Shown here piece after piece: positions 44,191-52,701 of a stretch of 64,000 nucleotides of DNA; within the stretch, counting starts at the first letter, position 1, and the number at the start of each line of letters is the position of its first letter. Both the position numbers and the translations under genes were made by a program. The notes under the pieces were generated by a model that searched no databases, was not told the origin of the DNA, and worked only from the letters and a program-made list of their open reading frames with translations. Source of the stretch: a virus (lineage: Duplodnaviria > Caudoviricetes); the IMG/VR virus record IMGVR_UViG_2974621193_000001, positions 11,688 through 75,687 of that record, one strand, 5' to 3'.

Positions 44191-44816
44191 GACCTCGCCT
44201 TTGCTTTCCGACGCAGCGCTTCGAGTCCGTCGCGCATACCCTCGACGGTGTAGTGCTGGAAGTACAGGGGCTTGCGATGAATCTTGGCGTAGCCGATGGT
44301 CTCCCAGCGATTGAACACTGCACCGATAGCTCCGGTGCTCGGTGGGTTGTCCGGGTTGATCAGCAGTGCGATCGCTTGCGGCGTCATGAGCTCGTCGAAC
44401 TCGCCCATCATGGCTCGGTGGCACACGGCCTGCACCTCGGACTCCAGCTGTCCGCGTTGGCGCTGCCCGGTCGGCGTGCCGGTGTAGACGGGTGCCAATT
44501 CCAATAGGCCAGGAGCCGATTCGCTCGGACGTTCGCGGGGCACGCGGGTCGGTGCAACCCCCGACAATGAAGCACCCTCGAGTTCGACTATCGGCGTCAG
44601 GTACTCGGACATGTCAGGGTACTGATACGGCACATAGTTGGGGTTCTCATGGAGCCTTCGCTCCGTGTTCGCCATCTTGTACATGCGATCGAACTTGGCA
44701 TGGCACTCGCAGTTGCACAGTTCGTGTGCGGTGCACACCTTCATCGGCTTGCCGGAGGGGCTCACTGGAGCGGTGCCCTCGCAGTGGCCGATGCCACAGA
44801 AACCAGTCTTATACAC
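44187..44816 (-). CDS. protein with N-terminal Cys/His cluster and C-terminal winged-helix-like domain
   Basis: FCGIGHC...C...CNCECH; MTPQAIALL..NPPSTGAIGAVF. Confidence 0.6.
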   Translation of the reverse strand: MYKTGFCGIGHCEGTAPVSPSGKPMKVCTAHELCNCECHAKFDRMYKMANTERRLHENPNYVPYQYPDMSEYLTPIVELEGASLSGVAPTRVPRERPSESAPGLLELAPVYTGTPTGQRQRGQLESEVQAVCHRAMMGEFDELMTPQAIALLINPDNPPSTGAIGAVFNRWETIGYAKIHRKPLYFQHYTVEGMRDGLEALRRKAKARS

Positions 44817-44826
44817 GGTACTCCTT

Positions 44827-45387
44827 TCAGTCGTCGTCAGGCTCGGGCGAGTCTGCGAACCCGTTGTCCTCGTCGAGGTCTTGAGTCACTGTCGTGATCG
44901 GAGGCACAAAGGGCGTGTGTACCCTCGACACCTGCTCGGTATGCAGTCCTTCCCATACAGTCTTGAGTACAGGACGGTCCGGCCAGCGTTCCCCCTCCCT
45001 CTTCCATAGGACGCCTGCCTCGCGGAAGGATCGAGTGTAGTCGCCCTCGCCCGTCTCGAGCGCTCGTGCTGCGTGCAGGTCGCGCTCAGCGCAGACCGGA
45101 TACGCCTCAGCAAAGGCGATGTCGAACGCACCCTTCAGTGCGGCGAGCTCATCCGTTCTTAGTGTGGTCAACTCCAGCGTAGTCCTGCCGAACTGATTGC
45201 TGACCTCGATGAAAACATCTGCACCGGGCTCGATCCCCTTGGGCTCAGGAAGAATGCGGACGACCGCCTGGGTGGTGAACACCTTGGCCCAGGCCCTGCG
45301 ACCTTGACCGAACACACCAGGCGCGTGGCCCTTCTTCTTAAGTTGAGCTTCCCTCTTCTTGCCTGGCCCGCGCTGCGGCTGCGGCAT
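44827..45387 (-). CDS. hypothetical protein
   Basis: SD gagagg + ATG 45387; track ORF trimmed. Confidence 0.6.
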   Translation of the reverse strand: MPQPQRGPGKKREAQLKKKGHAPGVFGQGRRAWAKVFTTQAVVRILPEPKGIEPGADVFIEVSNQFGRTTLELTTLRTDELAALKGAFDIAFAEAYPVCAERDLHAARALETGEGDYTRSFREAGVLWKREGERWPDRPVLKTVWEGLHTEQVSRVHTPFVPPITTVTQDLDEDNGFADSPEPDDD

Positions 45388-45595
45388 TGCGCATCCTCTC
45401 TGCTCTCGATACATCTTTGGGGTAGTTGAATGCTGGGTCTTTGCCGAGGCAGGGATCGCACAGCCAGTCGACCACCCGAGACCTGAACACGGTCGTCGCG
45501 TTGCCAATGCCTGCGAACAGCACCTTCTTACTCGAGAGCTGATCCCTCGGTAGCTGCTTTCCGCAGACGGTGCAGGCGTAGATTGGTTCGGGCAT
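45338..45595 (-). CDS. Zn-finger protein
   Basis: CTVC...LCDPC. Confidence 0.6.
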   Translation of the reverse strand: MPEPIYACTVCGKQLPRDQLSSKKVLFAGIGNATTVFRSRVVDWLCDPCLGKDPAFNYPKDVSRAERMRNAAAAARARQEEGSST

Positions 45596-45607
45596 GATCT
45601 CTCTTTC

Positions 45608-46483
45608 TTACCAGGGTGCGGGTACAGCGTCGGGGAAGGATGCTGGCGATTCGGACAAACAGGTCCGACAGTATCCAAGGGTAGCCACCAGTGCTCGGTC
45701 ACTACTGCCGGGGTCGAGTGCAGAATAGCTGACGTTACACTGTTTGCAATCGTAGTCGAACCCGATGCCAAGGTCAATCACTCCGTCCAGGGCGGCGAGG
45801 TAGCCCCTGATGAGCTGCTCGGACGTGAGCAGGTAGCCAGTCGGGAACTCGCCGATGTTGAGTGTGAGTGTGTCGATCACCTTGATCGGGGCTGACGGTG
45901 GCTCTGGGTCGAGGAAGGTGGGGCGGCACAGGCCGATGACCTTGTAGGTCTGCGCCTCCAAGTCAACCTTGGCACGGAAGCGTGCCCAGCCCTGGACCTT
46001 CGTGCCATTCTCGCCATAGCCCGAGGCAATCGGCCAGTCGAAGTACACCTGGGCTCTTGTCATGCCCCAGATGGCGAGGTTTGTCATGGCTTGCCATTTT
46101 GCTCCGACCGTACTTACATCACAGAAGAACACGGGCACGTCACCCGCAGGTCCGTATGCCCTGGGGTACATGTCATAGATGAAGTCCTTGTTGACCGCCG
46201 AGTGGTTGACCTTCTGAATCTTCATCCTGCTCTGCGGCGCGCCATTGGTGGCCAGCAATCCGATGGACCCAGCGGCCACGCCCTCGGTGATGTCGTTTCG
46301 TTCGAGCGGCTCAGTCATTAACGCATGGGTGACAGAGATGGTGGCACTCATCTCGTAGTTTGCGAAGTTCTTCATCGAGTTGGCGATTGACTCGATCTTG
46401 GTTGCATACTCTTCATGCTCGGACGGAGCAAAGAGCGGCTCCTCAAGTCTGGCTATCGCCTTCTGTAGGCCAACTACAGACAT
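45608..46483 (-). CDS. hypothetical protein with C-terminal CxxC...CxxC
   Basis: SD aggagg + ATG 46483; CKQC, CRTC. Confidence 0.6.
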   Translation of the reverse strand: MSVVGLQKAIARLEEPLFAPSEHEEYATKIESIANSMKNFANYEMSATISVTHALMTEPLERNDITEGVAAGSIGLLATNGAPQSRMKIQKVNHSAVNKDFIYDMYPRAYGPAGDVPVFFCDVSTVGAKWQAMTNLAIWGMTRAQVYFDWPIASGYGENGTKVQGWARFRAKVDLEAQTYKVIGLCRPTFLDPEPPSAPIKVIDTLTLNIGEFPTGYLLTSEQLIRGYLAALDGVIDLGIGFDYDCKQCNVSYSALDPGSSDRALVATLGYCRTCLSESPASFPDAVPAPW

Positions 46484-46922
46484 GTTCGTCACCTCCTGTG
46501 ATGTGTGATGCGGCAAGACCCCCTGATAGGGGAGGACTGATAACGTCAGCGAACCGTCGGGACTCACTCGGGTCAAGTAGCCCTGCCTTATGGAGATTGT
46601 ATATTGCCTGATGCTCTCCGATGGGTCGGCCCCCGCGCCTCCGACGCTTCCGTCCCACCCGAGTACCACTTCCCCCGGCTTCAGGTTTGGACCAAATGCC
46701 TGGATCGGCAGGGGCTTGCTCTGTATCCACCCCCCTCTTGGGAACTTCTCCTTGCGGGGCTTCTTCTTTTGCTTCTCCCCCGCTAGCAGGCGCCTTCTTT
46801 CCTCCCGCCTTTGCTGTGCGCTTTCGTGGAGTAGCTTTCGGTTTCGGCTTGGGTGCCACCCCTTCGCACTCACAGGGCGCCGCCTCGCAGAACATGCACA
46901 GCTCTGGTCCCTTCTTCGCCAT
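46443..46922 (-). CDS. basic, disordered protein with N-terminal Cys cluster
   Basis: LCMFCEAAPCEC then Lys/Ala/Pro-rich; TAATG coupling. Confidence 0.5.
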   Translation of the reverse strand: MAKKGPELCMFCEAAPCECEGVAPKPKPKATPRKRTAKAGGKKAPASGGEAKEEAPQGEVPKRGVDTEQAPADPGIWSKPEAGGSGTRVGRKRRRRGGRPIGEHQAIYNLHKAGLLDPSESRRFADVISPPLSGGLAASHITGGDEHVCSWPTEGDSQT

Positions 46923-47092
46923 TACTCCACCGGCTTGATGAGCGCCACGTTCTTGCCGTCGATCTGCTTGAAGTCCCCAGTCGGCTCGTAGGTGTCACCG
47001 TTCTCGGCGTCGAGCAGGTATACCTTCTCGGTACCGCTGCGGTTCTTGGTGGCCAGCTTGACTAGCCCTTCCTTGAAGTCGAAGAGGTTCAT
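46922..47092 (-). CDS. 56-aa protein (not in ORF track)
   Basis: MNLFDFKEGLVKLATKNRSG...; coupled at both ends; GC3 bias. Confidence 0.6.
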   Translation of the reverse strand: MNLFDFKEGLVKLATKNRSGTEKVYLLDAENGDTYEPTGDFKQIDGKNVALIKPVE

Positions 47093-47352
47093 GCGGGTCC
47101 GCTCATCTCCATCGTGTGATACCCGGCAGCGTAGCCGGCGAGTCCCACAGCTTCGGCGTGTGTTCCACCGATCAGGGTGGATCGGTACTGTTCCTTGGTA
47201 TCGAATGGCGAGGCAAGGCGCAGTGCGATCACCATGCTGGCGATGACGTGCGAGTCGTCTGCAGCCTCGGCTGCTACCAGGTATGCGTGCACAGCCTCCT
47301 GCACTTTGCGTTCGTGTTCTGCAAGGTCACTCAAGTGTATGGCCTCCTTCAA
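47089..47352 (-). CDS. hypothetical protein
   Basis: Just downstream of the promoter at 47365-47394; true start may be a TTG 15 nt in, after AAGGAGG. Confidence 0.55.
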   Translation of the reverse strand: MKEAIHLSDLAEHERKVQEAVHAYLVAAEAADDSHVIASMVIALRLASPFDTKEQYRSTLIGGTHAEAVGLAGYAAGYHTMEMSGPA

Positions 47353-47364
47353 GTTGATAAGCGA

Positions 47365-47394
47365 ATGGTACCATACGCGGTACTAGTTTGTCAA
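47365..47394 (-). promoter_or_regulatory. SigA-type promoter with operator-like motif in the spacer
   Basis: Minus strand TTGACA, 18 bp (AACTAGTACC...TGG), TACCAT. Confidence 0.65.
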
Positions 47395-47398
47395 ATCG

Positions 47399-48127
47399 CT
47401 AGAGCTTGCTGACCTCGTGGTCATATTGCTCCTGCGAGATCTTCAGCATCGCCATGATTGGGCCAGCTGGAATGCCCTTGCCATGCATGTTCTTCAGGTG
47501 CGTGCGCTCGTCATCATTGAGCGCCTTGAACTTGCCGGTCTTGGGGTTGGATGCAGGCGAGGAAGCCTTGGGCTGCGGACGCGCAGCCTTGATCTCCCTG
47601 GACGGAGCGGGCATCGGGTTGTAGCCCTGACAGCCGGGCGTGTCCATGAAGTCGATCTGCCCGGCGTTCATCCGGTATCTCTTGAGCGACCACTTGCTCA
47701 CGGCAGCAACGTCGTCGAAGTGAGGAACACTCATGAGCTGGATCGCGATTGCCAGGCCCATCGCCTGGCCCTGCAACTTGAAGTAACCCTCGAGCTCATC
47801 GGGAGTCATCTCGTCGTTCTTGAACCGGGGCCGCTGCTCCATGATCGCTTTGGTCACATGGTCGAGCTCGTCCCACATCTTCTCCAGGATGCTTGGCCCT
47901 CTTGCCATCAGGCCTCCCTCCTCGTTGAATGTGTACGCAGGCCCGAGGTATGGGCACTGGTCATTGTCGTGATGGCGCTGCTTCTCTGCGCGTGCGCCTT
48001 CCGCGCTGCGGTGGTAGGTCATCCACCGACACCCAGGAGCACCACACTCGAACGTGTAGTCGAGGTGGTGCTCATGGTCTGGCTGGTTCAGTGTCGGATA
48101 TATCTCCGGCCAGGTGGGGTACGTCAC
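47399..48127 (-). CDS. two-part hypothetical protein (Zn-binding N-terminus; strong internal SD before ATG 47908)
   Basis: SD aggagg + GTG 48127; CGAPGC...H...C. Confidence 0.6.
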   Translation of the reverse strand: MTYPTWPEIYPTLNQPDHEHHLDYTFECGAPGCRWMTYHRSAEGARAEKQRHHDNDQCPYLGPAYTFNEEGGLMARGPSILEKMWDELDHVTKAIMEQRPRFKNDEMTPDELEGYFKLQGQAMGLAIAIQLMSVPHFDDVAAVSKWSLKRYRMNAGQIDFMDTPGCQGYNPMPAPSREIKAARPQPKASSPASNPKTGKFKALNDDERTHLKNMHGKGIPAGPIMAMLKISQEQYDHEVSKL

Positions 48128-48134
48128 TGTCCTC

Positions 48135-48272
48135 CTAGAGGATCGTGTCGAGTATCTCTTCTTCTTCAGGAGTCAACGGGACCTGCAGGTCGGACCAGTA
48201 CTCCGATACACTCTCGGGTACCGGCCCGACCTCTTCCTCCGCAGGTCCGTAGTAGTACGGCCCGCCCTGCAT
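48135..48272 (-). CDS. 45-aa acidic peptide (not in ORF track)
   Basis: MQGGPYYYGPAEEEVG...; TGATG coupling. Confidence 0.5.
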   Translation of the reverse strand: MQGGPYYYGPAEEEVGPVPESVSEYWSDLQVPLTPEEEEILDTIL

Positions 48273-48688
48273 CAGATGCAGTAGGTGTACGCACCGCTCG
48301 AGCCACCGAAGTCGGTGGACTCGCTGACCATCACGCCGTTCCGGTAGATGGCACAGTAGATCTTGCCCGGCCCGAACGACTCGATGCTCGTGGACAGCCC
48401 GCCGAACCCGCCGTCAGCGACCACGGTGTAGTCCCAGGTCGCGCACTTCCAGCCGGGGATCGAGGTGTTGCCGATGATGTTGACGTGCTCGCGCTCGTCA
48501 TTGCCGTACTGGTTCGTGCGATCCAGTACCACCGGGTTGTTGTCGGCCTCGGTGCAGTTGACCAGGCGGATGCGGTCCCACTCGTCGACGATGACTGCGC
48601 TGGCGGGCGCCGGGATCAGGGCAGCCCCGGCGATGACTCCGAGCGTTGCAGCTCCGGTGATCAGGTGGGCCTTCATCTTCTTCAGCAT
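48272..48688 (-). CDS. secreted protein with MmpS-like C-terminal domain
   Basis: Signal peptide (KKMKAHL...AALIPAPASA); IYCAIYRNGVMVSE...GAYTYCI resembles the MmpS-type CRITVDG...AYTYCL ending. Confidence 0.55.
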   Translation of the reverse strand: MLKKMKAHLITGAATLGVIAGAALIPAPASAVIVDEWDRIRLVNCTEADNNPVVLDRTNQYGNDEREHVNIIGNTSIPGWKCATWDYTVVADGGFGGLSTSIESFGPGKIYCAIYRNGVMVSESTDFGGSSGAYTYCI

Positions 48689-48732
48689 TTGGATTCTCAC
48701 TTTCGGTAGTAGGTTGGTGGCCGAGTCGAACG

Positions 48733-49029
48733 TCAGTCCTCGGCGGGCGCTTCCGTTTCGGACTCGGTCGGCTCCGGCGTCACCTCGACCTCGACCTCTT
48801 CGGTCTTGGTGACGGTGACCGTGGGCTCGGGTGCCGGGCTGCCGGGATCGACTGCCGGAGCTCCGCCGACCTGCGGGATGACGGGCGGGCAAGGCGCGAT
48901 GCCGCCGGGGACCTCGATGACACAGGCCTTTGCGGGTGCAGGGGTCGGCGTGGTGGCGAGGGCGAGGGCGGGTGCTCCGACGGACAGTGCGAGTGCCGAG
49001 GCGAATGCGATCTTCTTGAGGACGGTCAT
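48733..49029 (-). CDS. secreted Pro/Thr/Glu-rich protein
   Basis: Signal peptide MTVLKKIAFASALALSVGAPALALA; one Cys pair; SD aaggag. Confidence 0.65.
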   Translation of the reverse strand: MTVLKKIAFASALALSVGAPALALATTPTPAPAKACVIEVPGGIAPCPPVIPQVGGAPAVDPGSPAPEPTVTVTKTEEVEVEVTPEPTESETEAPAED

Positions 49030-49084
49030 GTGGTACTCCTTTGTTTGTTGTGACAGATAGAACTGGTACTACTAGGTAACTAAC

Positions 49085-49123
49085 GCTAAGCCCGAGCCAT
49101 GATCCATATGGCTCGGGCTTAGC
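49085..49123 (-). terminator. perfect 16-bp stem hairpin
   Basis: gctaagcccgagccat / atggctcgggcttagc. Confidence 0.6.
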
Positions 49124-49152
49124 TCTGTCCCACTTGTGCAGTACGCGGTGGG

Positions 49153-49572
49153 TCAGTTCTTGTCGCCGGCCTCCGACTTGTCCTTGTCGGCGGGCGGGTC
49201 GGCGTGGAAGTGCGACAGCGGCGCGTGGTCGATCCCGTCGTGGAAGGACAGTGCCTGCTCCGGTGGCATCGCGTTGATGTCTGCGAGGGCGTAGCCGTGG
49301 CGATCCACGAGGTGGCGCTTCACCGAGTCGAGGTTGACGATGTTGAGGCGGCGTGCCTTCATCTCGGGCTCGGCCTCGGTGGCGATTCGGATGTCGGCGA
49401 TCTGATCACCCGGCACCAGGGTCAGGGACGAGCGGCCCTTCTCCTTGAAGGCGATGCCCTTCGGGGATGCCGAAGCGACGGTGCCGATGACGGCCTCTTC
49501 GGCGCCGACGGTGAGCAGTTCGACTCGCTTGTCGGTGTAGTCGGTGAGCTGGAGCTCGGTTGCGGCGGTCAT
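49153..49572 (-). CDS. hypothetical protein
   Basis: SD aggagg; strong GC3 bias; C-terminal HLVDRHG...HDGIDH. Confidence 0.7.
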   Translation of the reverse strand: MTAATELQLTDYTDKRVELLTVGAEEAVIGTVASASPKGIAFKEKGRSSLTLVPGDQIADIRIATEAEPEMKARRLNIVNLDSVKRHLVDRHGYALADINAMPPEQALSFHDGIDHAPLSHFHADPPADKDKSEAGDKN

Positions 49573-49629
49573 TGTGTCCTCCTATGTAGCGTTTCCGGTG
49601 GTCAGGGCGGTGGTCCGCCGTACCCGTTA

Positions 49630-49659
49630 ATAGTACCACGGGCACGGTGGCACCCGCAA
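49630..49659 (-). promoter_or_regulatory. putative promoter
   Basis: Minus strand TTGCGG, 18 bp, extended -10 TGG-TACTAT. Confidence 0.55.
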
Positions 49660-49693
49660 CCCCGAAAACCCCACATCTTTCAGGGGAACGAAC

Positions 49694-50260
49694 TCACCCG
49701 GCACGCAACACCTGCAAGGTCTCGAGTCCCTTGACGCCCATGAACTTCACGAGCTCAGCCCAGGGCATCGGGGAGATCGCACGCCTGCCGGCCGAGACGT
49801 ACCACATGATTCGGTAGCCGAAGACTTCCATGTCAGGGTGTGCATCACTACTGCGGATGTACTCCTGCGGGATGCCGATGGCGACGAACTCGTAGGTCTT
49901 GGTCTCGTCCCGGCTGTACCGCTTACGGAAGGCGACGACCGGCGAGTCACCGTCGGCATTGGGCTTCGGCTCACGGCTGAGCATCTCCCGAGTCAGCGCC
50001 TCCTGCGCCATCTCGGCGGCACGCTGGTGATCCTCGACTCGCTTCTCGGCGAGGCGCAGGGAGTCCAGCGAGGTGGCCAGGAGGTTGGCGAGCTGTGCCA
50101 CACTCATGCCGTCGCCGGTGGTGTTCTGCCCGACCTGGACGGAGCCTGTGAGGTCCTCGCCCTTGTCGGTGATCGCCGCTAGACGCGCGGCGCGACACTT
50201 GGCTCGAGCATGGTTCGTCTTCTTGTGCGTGCAGTTCTTGTGACTCATCGGCTTTGCCAT
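49694..50260 (-). CDS. hypothetical protein with N-terminal SHxxCxH...RAKCR motif
   Basis: 188 aa, GC3 bias. Confidence 0.65.
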   Translation of the reverse strand: MAKPMSHKNCTHKKTNHARAKCRAARLAAITDKGEDLTGSVQVGQNTTGDGMSVAQLANLLATSLDSLRLAEKRVEDHQRAAEMAQEALTREMLSREPKPNADGDSPVVAFRKRYSRDETKTYEFVAIGIPQEYIRSSDAHPDMEVFGYRIMWYVSAGRRAISPMPWAELVKFMGVKGLETLQVLRAG

Positions 50261-50264
50261 GCAG

Positions 50265-50483
50265 TTATCTCCTTCGTTCGGCCTGGAGCCTGATCTTCAG
50301 GCCCAGGTATTCGGACGAGGGAAGGGCTTCGTACTTACCCGTCTCCTCGTTCTTCTTCTCGATGACCGTGAAGATGTATCGGTTATCTATCTCGATCATC
50401 GCACGCACAGCGTCCTCAAGCTCCGGCCAGGTGTTCGGGGTCACGAGCTTGTAGGGCGTGTGCGTGATGGCGCAGCGGTACAT
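50265..50483 (-). CDS. hypothetical protein
   Basis: 72 aa; TGATG coupling. Confidence 0.55.
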   Translation of the reverse strand: MYRCAITHTPYKLVTPNTWPELEDAVRAMIEIDNRYIFTVIEKKNEETGKYEALPSSEYLGLKIRLQAERRR

Positions 50484-50794
50484 CAGGTTGGTCTCGTGAT
50501 CGTCACGTTCGGCCGCTCGTTGTCGAGGTCGGCGATGATCTCGGAGGCAGGCATCACGCCCACACTCTCGCGGCGTGACATGATGGTGATTGCTGCTGCC
50601 ACGTCTCTCGCATTCATCTTTACCTTGACCGTGTCTCCGTCGACAAGCATGATCTCGGCAGCCGCCTTGCCGTACTCGTCAACGGAAGTAATCTTGTCGA
50701 TGACGACGAAGACGTACTCGGCCTTGTCCCCCTCCTCGAATGGAGGAGTCTTGGGAGCGTAGGCGAACCGCTCGAACTGAAGCAGCTGGATCAC
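50483..50794 (-). CDS. hypothetical protein
   Basis: 103 aa. Confidence 0.55.
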   Translation of the reverse strand: MIQLLQFERFAYAPKTPPFEEGDKAEYVFVVIDKITSVDEYGKAAAEIMLVDGDTVKVKMNARDVAAAITIMSRRESVGVMPASEIIADLDNERPNVTITRPT

Positions 50795-50795
50795 G

Positions 50796-51092
50796 TCAGT
50801 CCTCCGTCGGTCGGTCGGCGTTCGGGTCCACCTTCTCGCTCGACTTCGGATCGTTCGGCATGACGACAGCGCCCCGGTTGCCGAGCTCGGACTTCATGGC
50901 TTCCATGATCTCCCTGGTGCGCTTGGCCTTCTCTTCCTTGTCCTCGATGCGGACGAGTTGTTCCAGCGAACCGGCGGCGAGGCGCACGATCTCACCGGGC
51001 TCGATGTCCTTGTTGGTGAACAGCTCCACCCGGAACTCCAGCTCAGCCTTGTCCTGGTTGCTGTCGTCCTCGAGCTCTAGTATTACTCGCAT
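50796..51092 (-). CDS. hypothetical protein
   Basis: 98 aa, SD gaggag. Confidence 0.6.
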   Translation of the reverse strand: MRVILELEDDSNQDKAELEFRVELFTNKDIEPGEIVRLAAGSLEQLVRIEDKEEKAKRTREIMEAMKSELGNRGAVVMPNDPKSSEKVDPNADRPTED

Positions 51093-51691
51093 TGGTTCTC
51101 CTCAATTCGTTTCGTCTGATTGCGGTACTCAGGTGGTGGTAACAGGCGCTCGTCTATTGCTGCGAGACGAGCGCGAGCACCCTCCTGGTAAGCTTTCACT
51201 CGGGCCATAACATACTCATTACTCTGTGGGGTAGATGGTGGCCAGTCCCCAATGCCGGGGCCGAGCTTGATCGGATCACTGATCGGATAGGTGCCTACCA
51301 GTTCGGTTTGCGGGTGCCGCCTACCCCTACCTTTGGGCCGCTTGGGCTTCTTGATTCGGTTAGCTCTTCGGTCACGCTGGCTTTGCTCAGAGCGTAGCCT
51401 ACGTTCCCAGTGGTCGAACGTCTCGTTATGCCAGCGTCCGTTCTCCTTTGTTCCGATCCAGATGGTCATGCTGGGGAGTCGGTGTCCCCGTCTTGAGTTG
51501 CACAGCATGTGCGAAGGGCGTAGATTCTTTTCATCATCCGTGCCACCATGATACCTGGGTATGTAGTGATCCACATTGAGGGACCAGTGCCCGCCCCTCG
51601 TTTCGTAGTCGATGGGCTCACTACATATCCAGCAGTCAGGCTTCTCTTCTCTACACTTGAATCGGAACAGATCGAGCTGTGTCCAGCTCAT
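51083..51691 (-). CDS. HNH endonuclease with basic C-terminal extension
   Basis: CWICSEPID...NVDHYIPRYHGGTDDEKNLRPSHMLCNSRRG. Confidence 0.85.
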   Translation of the reverse strand: MSWTQLDLFRFKCREEKPDCWICSEPIDYETRGGHWSLNVDHYIPRYHGGTDDEKNLRPSHMLCNSRRGHRLPSMTIWIGTKENGRWHNETFDHWERRLRSEQSQRDRRANRIKKPKRPKGRGRRHPQTELVGTYPISDPIKLGPGIGDWPPSTPQSNEYVMARVKAYQEGARARLAAIDERLLPPPEYRNQTKRIEENQCE

Positions 51692-51981
51692 CTTCGCTGG
51701 TGTGCGTGTTCGAGTAGCAGCTCGACACGGAACTTGCCGAGCTGTTCACGACTGACACCACCGGACACCTGGTACCCTTCGGGGTACTTGTACCGGCGAC
51801 CGAGCACGTAGCCTGTGCGGCGCTCCACCTTGGTGATGCGCTCGGTGTTGCACTTCATGCACTGGAGTTCTTCGAGTATCCAGTGCTTGTTGAAGCTGAT
51901 CCCGACTGTGTCATAGTCGTGACCATTCACCCGGCATCTCGTGTGCTCGGGCAGTACTGCACGCTTCTTACTCAAGTCCAC
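51688..51981 (-). CDS. Zn-binding hypothetical protein
   Basis: CRVNGH...CMKC...YKYPEGY. Confidence 0.6.
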   Translation of the reverse strand: MDLSKKRAVLPEHTRCRVNGHDYDTVGISFNKHWILEELQCMKCNTERITKVERRTGYVLGRRYKYPEGYQVSGGVSREQLGKFRVELLLEHAHQRR

Positions 51982-52307
51982 CTCCTTGCTTCTTCGTTCC
52001 AGGTCTTGACCCCGGAGTCCTCGGTGTGTAGCTGGACATCGAGCCTGGTCTCGTAGTCATACTCACCCGAGACCACCTGCCCCTGGCCCAGAACCACCAG
52101 CCCTGCGTTGCCGTAAGGGGTGGGTGGAAACAGGTGGATGATGCGCAGCTCGGCGATGTTGATATCGTCCACGTCTGCGTTCTCGAGGACGATCTCGTAG
52201 TCGTCGGGCAACCCCTCGAGTGCAGCCTTCATCTCGCCCACTGATGTGGACCACTTGTTGGACCACTCGTCGCTACCCTCGACGGGCTCTGGTATGAATC
52301 TTCCCAC
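51972..52307 (-). CDS. hypothetical protein
   Basis: SD aggagg; TSVGEMKAALEGLPDD. Confidence 0.6.
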   Translation of the reverse strand: MGRFIPEPVEGSDEWSNKWSTSVGEMKAALEGLPDDYEIVLENADVDDINIAELRIIHLFPPTPYGNAGLVVLGQGQVVSGEYDYETRLDVQLHTEDSGVKTWNEEARRWT

Positions 52308-52316
52308 GTCTACCTC

Positions 52317-52460
52317 CTAGATAATCAGGGCAATGACAATGAACACTGCCATGACAACAGTGGTCAGTGCCAATGTCACTGCCATAAACTTGCCGATGAA
52401 CACCAGCGGCTTGTCGGACTTCGGCGGATCGAACAGTCGCACGAACCAGTGCTCACCCAC
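52317..52460 (-). CDS. 47-aa membrane peptide (not in ORF track)
   Basis: MGEHWFVRLFDPPKSDKPLVFIGKFMAVTLALTTVVMAVFIVIALII. Confidence 0.55.
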   Translation of the reverse strand: MGEHWFVRLFDPPKSDKPLVFIGKFMAVTLALTTVVMAVFIVIALII

Positions 52461-52701
52461 TGGCGTACCTCACATCCGCATTGCAGAACTTCCGCTCGAG
52501 CCCCCATGTGTATGCCTGCCATGAGGGCTTCAACTTGTTGTTGCCCCTGTTGCCCACGTCACCAGCCGCTCGTGCGTACGCTTCGATCTCCTCGATGTCT
52601 CGGTACGGAGACATGTTGCAGTACCCGCACCCGCCTTCGAGACACACGGCGTCAGGGTTGGGCCAGCAGATGCGCCGAGCCACGATGCTGTGCATTGTCA
52701 C
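52453..52701 (-). CDS. Cys-rich small protein
   Basis: CWP...CLEGGCGYC; ATGA coupling. Confidence 0.55.
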   Translation of the reverse strand: MTMHSIVARRICWPNPDAVCLEGGCGYCNMSPYRDIEEIEAYARAAGDVGNRGNNKLKPSWQAYTWGLERKFCNADVRYASG

